Of a stretch of 11,842 bases of DNA, positions 1 to 6,944 are shown in pieces. The notes under the pieces are model-generated. The model had not been told where the DNA came from, made no database searches, and worked only from the letters and a program-made list of their open reading frames with translations. Location: positions 1-11,842 of the forward strand of contig JAYTHP010000153.1 in assembly GCA_043732485.1 (NCBI GenBank), given 5' to 3'. The position numbers and the translations under genes were made by a program. Each line of letters opens with the position of its first letter. The stretch's first letter is position 1. The DNA comes from Oligoflexia bacterium (GTDB lineage Bacteria; Bdellovibrionota; UBA1018).

Positions 1-55
1 AAAAATGAGTCCTGCTCTTAGGGGCTATGACCTGAGAGGCAATCTCCAAGTTCAT
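1..55 (-). CDS. Possible 5' end of a next gene running off the window (MNLEIASQVIAPKSRTHF...)
   Basis: ATG at 55-53, open to position 1, preceded by an A/T-rich tract like the other genes here, and co-oriented with them. Only 18 codons are visible. Confidence 0.25.
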   Translation of the reverse strand, partial: MNLEIASQVIAPKSRTHF

Positions 56-396
56 GGCAAACCAAAGTTTTTCAATTTTTTTAGATTTCCTGAGCGACGA
101 CCTCCGCCCCCTTCCCACAATTTGGGGCGAAAAAGCCCCTGTGGGCAATGCTGCCCCGCTTTAGCCTGGGAAAGGGGGGGGGTGGGGTAAAAAGGTGGTT
201 CAGCAGTCGACGCGGAGCGAGAAAAAAAGGCAGAGAGCACCTTGGATCTAAGGGACACCTTCTAGAGAGGAAGGGACGTTAAGCCTAAAAAAAGTTAAGT
301 ACGCACCGAAAACACCGCGCCTAGGCAGTCAAAAATAGTGAAAGAGAGGTGGGTGTGCTTTTTGGTCTCAAGCTTGGGCTTTTGCGATTTTCAGGC

Positions 397-3300
397 TTAA
401 GTCTTGCTTTCGCGCTTTGTGGCTGCGGTAGGCATGAGTTTGCAGCTCAAAGCCCCGCCGCTTGCGAGGAGTAGTGATAGGGTGAGCGCCTCAAGCCCCG
501 CGCTTGCGCCGTGCGGGAGGTGCTGGAGTTCGCTTAGCACGAGAAATCCTGTGACCCACGCCGGGATACACTGCGCTTGGCCCCGGATGGCAACCTTGAG
601 GGTCACCCCAACGAGGCTAACCCAGGTGGCGGCAAGCACAAGCCCCTGCTCGGGGCTTTCAAGGCTAGTTCCTGCTAGGCAAGCGCCTAAGAGGAGTAAA
701 AAAGCGGCAAGCGCCAGCGGGGAGGTCTTTCGTGCTTGCAACCACTCAAAGAGCTGGTTGAGGCTCGCTAAGCCGCAGCTCATCAGCAGGAGTTGTCTTA
801 AGGGAGCGAGTACTTCCAGGGCGGGAAACAGGGTATTGAGATAGCGCGGGGTGTCCCAAATCGGGAGGGTGGCAGGCAGCAGGTGGGAGAGCTGGGTTCT
901 CACCACGCTCAAGGTCGCCTCGCTGATCATGCCTAGCGCCAAAGCGGCCAAGGCTGCTTGGCCTGGAGCGCAGAAGAGCGCTTGCTGCCAGCCGACGCGG
1001 CTTTGAAGGGGGGGGGTTGCTGCTGCTGGTGGTGGCGGTGGCGATGCGAGTGCTGCTGATGCCCGCTGAAAGACCCAGCCTGCGTGCAAGCCAGCCCAGA
1101 GGGCTAAAAATAGGGCGCGGGTGGTGCGAAAGGCTATGAGGAGGAACAGTTGATGCGACCAGGGCTCAGCAATGGAAAACTCAGCCAGTCGGGCTGGTAG
1201 GCCGTTGCACCAGAGGACTTGCTCAAGCAAAAAGAAGCCCAAGGCGGTCTGGTAAAAGGCGCAAGCGGAAAAGCGCCGCTGGGTCCAGGCGTAAGCGGCA
1301 AGCGCCGTGAGGAGGGCTTGTAGGCAGAGCAAGGCAAGCTTGCTCAGTCGGGAGGCGAGTGCCAGTTGCGCTTCCCTGGCACGCTCGGTTCTGAGATAGC
1401 TCTCGGGTAAAAAATAACTCGGCCTGACGCTTGAAACAGTATCGCCTGCAATCACGATGCGTACTCTGGCTTGCGCCTCGGGAGTCTGCAGTCGGATCGC
1501 GGGGTTGGAAAAAACAAACTCCCAGTCTCGCCTGGCCTGACGCTCGGTGCATTCTTTTCCTTCAAGCTTCCACTCGTTTTGCCACAGATTGTTGTTTTTG
1601 TTGGCGCTGTCATCGTCGGATGCCTGAAGGTTGAGGTGCTTGGCCATAGCCCAGTGCTTCGCCGCTTCCTGCGCCATTTCTTTTGCTGCAGCCTCGCTCA
1701 GGCTTGCTCCTGCTGCGGTTTCTGGCAACAGGTGAAACACTCCTGCCACTTGTCCGGCTTGACTAAGGTGGACTTGATATTCGTCACTGCGCAGCTTGAG
1801 CGGGAGGTCCAAGCGCAAGAAGCGAATGTTCCAGCTGGGCGTGGGGAGAAAGTTGCCAAGGAGGGCGTGAAAAAGCGGGCGTGGTTCCTGGCGCCAGAGA
1901 AAGTGCATCCAGGCGCTGTCGTGGCTTTGAATCGGCGTTAACACCGTGGTTGGATCGTTACCGCCTCCTGGTAGGTGTTGGTCAAGCAAGGTTTTGCGGG
2001 CCAGGGTGATGGCCTCTTGCCTAGAGAGGGTGAGCAGTAAGGTCTGGTTGTGATCCTTAAGCCAGCTTAAAGTGAGCAGGAGTGCCGCAAGCGCCAGCAG
2101 ACTGAAAGCTGCAAGCGTGCGCGGCGGGTGAGGCTGCGGCGGCAGGGGAGGGGTCGTCGATTGCAGGGACTGGCCGTCGGGTGGGTGAGCAGGTGGCAGC
2201 CAAGCCTGGTTGAGGGCTGAGGCGGGAAAGGGTAAAAACGCTCCTTGTTGGAAGCGTGCGACAAGCACCACCCACAGCGGGGTCAGCGCAAAGAACACCA
2301 CAAAAAAGCGATCCCAAAAAATGTTTGGGGTGCTGAGGGTCCACAGCGGCAGCGCAAACAGGAGGGTGTCGTAACTGAAGTGCAAGAGAATGCCTGGGAG
2401 CAGTCCAAAGCGTAAAAACAGTCCGGCAAAGAGCCAAGAAGGAACGATCAGCTCCACCACTCTGGCATAAAACGGTTGGGTGGGGTAATTGGCGTGGGCG
2501 GAAGCAAATACCAGCGCTTGCAGCAAAAAGCTGACTGCTACGAGCAGCCTCGGGCGTCCTAGGCGTTGCCCTAAGAGGCATGCGCCCGCAAGCGGGAGCG
2601 CGCGAAACAGGGCTTCTTCCCAAACGGCGGCATGCAAGGAGCGGCTGAGTGCGGTGAGCGGAGGAAAGAAGGTCGCAAGCGCATTCGGCTCAAAGAAGGT
2701 TTCACTGGGGGACCACCAGCCTAAGAGCTGTTTGCCCACCAGATAAACGCTCACTAGGTAGGCTAAGGCTAAGCCCAGCGTGAGATAGCCGCCGAGCGTG
2801 AGGCCTAGCAGTTTCAAGCTGCCGGACTGAGGAGCGCGCCAAAGTTGCCAGAACTGCGGATGCTGCGGGAAGGCGGCGCGGGTCAGTCCCTCGGCCGTGA
2901 TAAACGTCACGCTGAGAATGAAGAAATCAAAAAGACTTTGAATCAAGCCATTGCTGATCTTACGGGCCAGAAACTGGCTGGAAGAAAGCGCCGTGTCATA
3001 GTCCATCCAGGCAAGCGGCAGTTGGTTGAGCGCTTCGACAAACCCCAAAAGCGCAATCCCTGCAGCAAGCAGGAGCGCGGGCCGCGCAACTAGTCTGCGT
3101 TGCCTGATCAGGTAGAACAAACCAAAACCGCAGCCACCCAGGCCGTAGAGCAAGAGCAAGACGAGGCTTGATACCGAGGCGGTGAGTTCATTGGCAGAGC
3201 GCAGTTCTTGATAGTGCAATAAAAAGGCTTCGGGTATTTTAACAAACGCTCGCACTTCCGTCAATTCCTCGCCACTGAGGGTCAGGCGCAGGCGAAAGGT

Positions 3301-3927
3301 CCCGTCGCCAAGCGCGTTTCCCGGGAAGTCAACTTTGGGGCGCTGGTAGGTAAAGGTGTGATCGATGCGGCCACTGATCTGGGTGAGCTGTGAGGATTCT
3401 AAAAAAGCGTAGCCGGTCAGCGGTTTGCCAAAGAGCTCTTGGTAGGCCGCCTCAGCGCGCGCACGGGCAGGCGCAGGTGGGAGCGCCGCGCCGGGATCAG
3501 AAGGCGTGAGCTTGCGGTAAAAGCCGGCAAGTGTGCCTTCTGGCGTAAAAAACACCGAGGTTTCATGGGGATCTTTCTCTTGAAACCGCCGCACTTGCCA
3601 GGTGTAGGGAAAGAAGGCCTTTTGGGTAATCAGGTGGGAGAAGGTCTCCACCCCGCCGCACTCCAGCTCAATGAAATTCTGGGTGGCGCGCTCGAGATGA
3701 AAGAGCGCTGAGGTGCGGGCGTGCTCAGGTAACCAGTGTCTCGCTGTTGCCAGTTGCTCGGCTTCATGCAGGGCCTTGCCGCGGTCCATGGTAATCTCGA
3801 GATCCACAAAGGGAAAGGCCTTGGGGTAGAAATGCTGCGCAAAGAGCAGGCCTAGCAGGCAAATCACGCCTTGGAGGATCCAGAAAAAGGGACGACGAGT
3901 GGGGCTGAGCTTAGCGGGTTGCATCAT
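397..3927 (-). CDS. Large multi-pass membrane protein with CPBP/Abi (type II CAAX prenyl protease-like) intramembrane glutamic protease domain and two related extracytoplasmic domains
   Basis: 1176-aa ORF with many hydrophobic helices. CPBP motifs appear in the expected order: EExxxR (WEEALFR, E437/E438, nt 2602-2619), FxxxH (FASAH, nt 2494-2508) and HxxxN/D (HFSYD, nt 2368-2382). Two soluble regions (~aa 40-245 and ~630-855) resemble each other by eye. Confidence 0.85.
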   Translation of the reverse strand: MMQPAKLSPTRRPFFWILQGVICLLGLLFAQHFYPKAFPFVDLEITMDRGKALHEAEQLATARHWLPEHARTSALFHLERATQNFIELECGGVETFSHLITQKAFFPYTWQVRRFQEKDPHETSVFFTPEGTLAGFYRKLTPSDPGAALPPAPARARAEAAYQELFGKPLTGYAFLESSQLTQISGRIDHTFTYQRPKVDFPGNALGDGTFRLRLTLSGEELTEVRAFVKIPEAFLLHYQELRSANELTASVSSLVLLLLYGLGGCGFGLFYLIRQRRLVARPALLLAAGIALLGFVEALNQLPLAWMDYDTALSSSQFLARKISNGLIQSLFDFFILSVTFITAEGLTRAAFPQHPQFWQLWRAPQSGSLKLLGLTLGGYLTLGLALAYLVSVYLVGKQLLGWWSPSETFFEPNALATFFPPLTALSRSLHAAVWEEALFRALPLAGACLLGQRLGRPRLLVAVSFLLQALVFASAHANYPTQPFYARVVELIVPSWLFAGLFLRFGLLPGILLHFSYDTLLFALPLWTLSTPNIFWDRFFVVFFALTPLWVVLVARFQQGAFLPFPASALNQAWLPPAHPPDGQSLQSTTPPLPPQPHPPRTLAAFSLLALAALLLTLSWLKDHNQTLLLTLSRQEAITLARKTLLDQHLPGGGNDPTTVLTPIQSHDSAWMHFLWRQEPRPLFHALLGNFLPTPSWNIRFLRLDLPLKLRSDEYQVHLSQAGQVAGVFHLLPETAAGASLSEAAAKEMAQEAAKHWAMAKHLNLQASDDDSANKNNNLWQNEWKLEGKECTERQARRDWEFVFSNPAIRLQTPEAQARVRIVIAGDTVSSVRPSYFLPESYLRTERAREAQLALASRLSKLALLCLQALLTALAAYAWTQRRFSACAFYQTALGFFLLEQVLWCNGLPARLAEFSIAEPWSHQLFLLIAFRTTRALFLALWAGLHAGWVFQRASAALASPPPPPAAATPPLQSRVGWQQALFCAPGQAALAALALGMISEATLSVVRTQLSHLLPATLPIWDTPRYLNTLFPALEVLAPLRQLLLMSCGLASLNQLFEWLQARKTSPLALAAFLLLLGACLAGTSLESPEQGLVLAATWVSLVGVTLKVAIRGQAQCIPAWVTGFLVLSELQHLPHGASAGLEALTLSLLLASGGALSCKLMPTAATKRESKT

Positions 3928-4014
3928 AAAAACAGAAAGCTTTCTTTGACAATCAGGGGTTACCGTCTTGATCTCGGTCTGCGCGCTTGAGATCGTTGTG
4001 CGTTAAGTTGTGCG

Positions 4015-4797
4015 CTAAAAGAGCAATGAAACACTCAGGGGTGTGAGGGAGCCTGAGAGACTGGGGAGCTCGTGATTGGCCAGAAGTGTGAGCGTGAAAG
4101 AGGGGGTCCAAGATAAAAAGCTCAGTAATTGCAATCTCTTGCCAAACGTCAGCTCCACAATCAGCGAGTGGTCGTTGGAGTCGGAGGAGGCACTGGGTTG
4201 GTTACTCAAATAGCCCCGGAGCCCGACTGCGCCCCCGAGAAAAAAAGCATCAGTCCAGCTTTTTTGCTCAGACACTAGGTTCCATAAGACGCCGACTGAG
4301 AGCCCAAGAAAGCGTGAGTAAGAGGTGGTGGTGGCCTGGGTGCCTGATGAGCTGTCGGTGTAACCCGCATAGCTGGTCTGCAGACTGCCTGTGAGTTCGA
4401 GAGACCCTGCGTCGTTGAGTAGTCTGCCGTAGTTGAGCGAAAAAGCAAAGTTATTGAGTTGCCCATAGGCGGTGCGCTGCGTGATGAAAGCGCCTGTGAC
4501 GCCGTCTATTTTAATCTCGTGTTCAGGCCGCGTCACTAACCGTTCCGGGGGGCTTGCCGCAAAGCCACCGCGCGCCAGCACGAGTGGGGTGGCTGCCAGC
4601 AAGATGAGGAGGAGCAAAGCGGGTGAGGTCGTCGGACCGGTCAAACGGGGCTGCAACCCACAACGGGCTAAAAACCGCTCCGAGCGGTCGCGCTTGGAGG
4701 CCAGCGGTTTTTTGGGTGTGTCGGTGTGGGTGGTGTCGGTGGTGAGGCTGTTTTCCGTAATTTTCATCTTTTTTTGGTTCACCTTTTTTTTAGTCAA
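4015..4797 (-). CDS. Putative small outer-membrane beta-barrel protein (start uncertain: TTG 4797, ATG 4767 or further downstream)
   Basis: Hydrophobic signal-like stretch (ALLLLILLAATPLVLARGGFA), then about 8 amphipathic alternating strands (FAFSLNYG, LELTGSLQ, LGLSVGVLWN, FFLGGAVGL, IVELTFGKR, LSWTPSFTLT, LSVSLLF) and a C-terminal Phe typical of BAM substrates. Confidence 0.65.
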   Translation of the reverse strand: MTKKKVNQKKMKITENSLTTDTTHTDTPKKPLASKRDRSERFLARCGLQPRLTGPTTSPALLLLILLAATPLVLARGGFAASPPERLVTRPEHEIKIDGVTGAFITQRTAYGQLNNFAFSLNYGRLLNDAGSLELTGSLQTSYAGYTDSSSGTQATTTSYSRFLGLSVGVLWNLVSEQKSWTDAFFLGGAVGLRGYLSNQPSASSDSNDHSLIVELTFGKRLQLLSFLSWTPSFTLTLLANHELPSLSGSLTPLSVSLLF

Positions 4798-5012
4798 TCT
4801 GTTTTTGGACGTCTCTCAGTGGGGCTTGGGGGAGAGCGTCAGGAGAGGGCTGTTACGGGGTGGGCCCGTGGGCTGTGGTCCTCAAAATCGATCTTCTGAA
4901 TGCTTTACCACGCACGCGCACCTAGCACTCTCTCCCCCACCCCAATCTCTGCAATGACACCCCTGCAGCCAACTCTGCATCACAATTCAAGCCCACCGGC
5001 AAGCGTTTGGCT

Positions 5013-5040
5013 GGAGGAGGAGGAGGAGGCGGAGAGGCGG
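5013..5040. repeat. Short GGA simple repeat in intergenic spacer
   Basis: ggaggaggaggaggaggcggagaggcgg read directly from the sequence. Confidence 0.6.
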
Positions 5041-5086
5041 TACTGCGGCAGGCACCACGAAGGGCGCTTCGGGTTTGCTGTGTTTG

Positions 5087-5116
5087 AGTATAGGAGTGAA
5101 AGGAGCTGGAGAACAA
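5087..5116 (-). promoter_or_regulatory. Candidate sigma70 promoter for the beta-barrel gene (TTGTTC-N18-TATACT)
   Basis: On the minus strand, TTGTTC at 5116-5111, an 18-nt spacer and TATACT at 5092-5087, preceded by an AT-rich tract. It lies in the intergenic region and points towards ORF 4797. Confidence 0.35.
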
Positions 5117-5186
5117 AGAAAATCAAAATAGTTTCGCTGTTTTTTTGTAACCCGTACCAGCCAGCCCACGGATCAAGCGCTGGCAG

Positions 5187-6665
5187 TCAGAGGGAAGAAA
5201 GGAGGGAGGGAGGAAGCGGCGGGCTTAATGAGAGTGGACTTGCAAACAGCGCGTTGCCCTGGTGCCAGCGCAAGAGCAGAAGGAGGGTGGCTGAGCCTAA
5301 GCCTAGCACGCTGATGCCCACAAAGAAGGGGGTGGGGTGGGCGGGCTGATAAAACGTCCCTAAAAACCCTGAGAACAGGTTGCCAAAGGCTTGGGAGATA
5401 AAAAAAAGTCCCATTCCGACGCCTAAGCGGGAGGCGGGAAATAGTCTGCCGACGAGCGCATAACTGGTCGGCATTAAAAAAAGTTCGCCGATACTCAAGC
5501 AAAGCATCAGCGCCACCATCCACAAGAGGTGGATCTTCTCGTGCGAGGGGGTGACTTGCAAGGCCAGAATGAGAATTGGAAAGGCTGCGCCTAGTAAAAA
5601 AAGTCCTAAAGCCATTTTCAAAAAGGGATCAAACGAGAACCAGGCGTTGCGGTTACGGTTGCCAGACGGCTGGCTTGGGGTGGCGGAAAAGAGCGGTCCG
5701 AGGAGAAAAATAAAAATGGGGTTGATGGCTTGAAACCAGGTGGAGGGGATTTGCATGCCCCAGCAGTGCCATTGCACGGAGCTATCGGCAAAAATTTGCA
5801 AGGTGTTGCCAATTTGCTCGTAAAGCGAGCTAAACAGGAGATTGACTGCAAGCACCAGCAAAAAAGGGAAACTCAGCCTACCCCACCTCGCGACGCGGTG
5901 GCGGGTGGTAGGTTGATCAGGCGAACGTGCGAGGGGGGAGGGGGGTGGGACCGGGGTGAACTGTTGCCGCTCGTTTTTAGCCGCAGCAGGCAGCAGCGTG
6001 CTTTTTCCGCCTTGCCAGTAAATCAGGAGGCTTAAGAGCATGCCTAGGCCTGCGGCTGCAAAACCGACATGCCAGCCATAGATTTGCCCTAAGGAGCCGC
6101 AAATCAGCGGGGAAAAAAAGGCGCCCAGATTAATGCCCATATAAAAAAAAGTAAAAGCCGCCGTGAGCCTGGGGTCTTGCGGTGGATAAAGTGTGCTGAC
6201 TTGACTCGATAAGTTGGGCTTAAAGCAGCCGTTACCGAGCGCTAAGAGCAGCAAAGCAATCATCAGGCAAGAGGGTGCAATCATCAGAAAATGACCTAAG
6301 GCCATGAGCAGACCGCCGACGAGCACCGTCTTGCGGGCACCAAAATAGCGATCCGCCAGGTAGCCCCCCATCAGCGGGGTGAGGTAGGCTAAAAAGGTAT
6401 AAAAACCGTAGATTTGCGAGCTCAGTTGTTGCGGATTCAATGCGCCAAAGAGCGTCTGTAGAGCGCTTTGGACGGCTTGAAAGCCGATAATCTTGGCAGC
6501 AGCCGGTCCGGCGTGCGGGTCGCTCCGTGCGAGGAGGATTTCTTGCGTGAGATAGAGCACGAGCAAGGAGCGCATGCCGTAATAAGAAAAACGCTCGCCC
6601 ATTTCGGTAAAAAACAGCACAAAAAGTCCTGTCGGATGACCAAAATAGCTTTTTTTTAACTCCAT
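5187..6665 (-). CDS. POT/PTR family proton-dependent di/tripeptide transporter (MFS)
   Basis: N-terminal GHP.GL..LFFTEMGERFSYYGMR (ExxERFxYY motif), GGYLADRYFG, GNGCFKPN, FYMGINLGA (PTR2 motif), WFQAINP and GELFLMP; about 12 hydrophobic segments; 492 aa. Confidence 0.95.
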   Translation of the reverse strand: MELKKSYFGHPTGLFVLFFTEMGERFSYYGMRSLLVLYLTQEILLARSDPHAGPAAAKIIGFQAVQSALQTLFGALNPQQLSSQIYGFYTFLAYLTPLMGGYLADRYFGARKTVLVGGLLMALGHFLMIAPSCLMIALLLLALGNGCFKPNLSSQVSTLYPPQDPRLTAAFTFFYMGINLGAFFSPLICGSLGQIYGWHVGFAAAGLGMLLSLLIYWQGGKSTLLPAAAKNERQQFTPVPPPSPLARSPDQPTTRHRVARWGRLSFPFLLVLAVNLLFSSLYEQIGNTLQIFADSSVQWHCWGMQIPSTWFQAINPIFIFLLGPLFSATPSQPSGNRNRNAWFSFDPFLKMALGLFLLGAAFPILILALQVTPSHEKIHLLWMVALMLCLSIGELFLMPTSYALVGRLFPASRLGVGMGLFFISQAFGNLFSGFLGTFYQPAHPTPFFVGISVLGLGSATLLLLLRWHQGNALFASPLSLSPPLPPSLLSSL

Positions 6666-6944
6666 GCTTTGCGCTCCGGTGGGGGGTGGGTGCTCAAAAG
6701 TCGACTCAGTGCGGGGGGGGGAAAGGTGTCCTTCACAAGGGTGGGAGTGAGGATCTTTAAAATAACATGACTTTTTTCATTCGGGGTAAAAAGAGTGCAA
6801 AAAAAAAGTCAATTTGCCAAAAAGCTGAAAGCTCCCCTGCCCCTCTGCCTCCCGCCCCTTTTCCGCAAAAAACCGACTGCACACCTTCCCTGCAAAGCGA
6901 AGCGCAGGCGGTGAGGCGAGATGGGTGCGCGGGGGAAGGGCGCG

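Noticed and set aside
3946..3974. TTGACA on the + strand as an antisense promoter
   Set aside because: The hexamer at 17-nt spacing (TGATCT) lacks the conserved A of the -10 box.
5160..5184. GCCAGC/GCTGGC hairpin after the POT stop codon as an intrinsic terminator
   Set aside because: The loop is large and no U-tract follows directly on the minus strand.
4900..5349. 149-aa + strand ORF with a poly-Glu run
   Set aside because: The poly-Glu derives from the GGA microsatellite, and the ORF overlaps the POT gene antisense.
6783..6812. TTGACT upstream of the POT gene as a sigma70 promoter
   Set aside because: The only -10 candidates at 17-18 nt (TTACCC/TACCCC) are poor matches.
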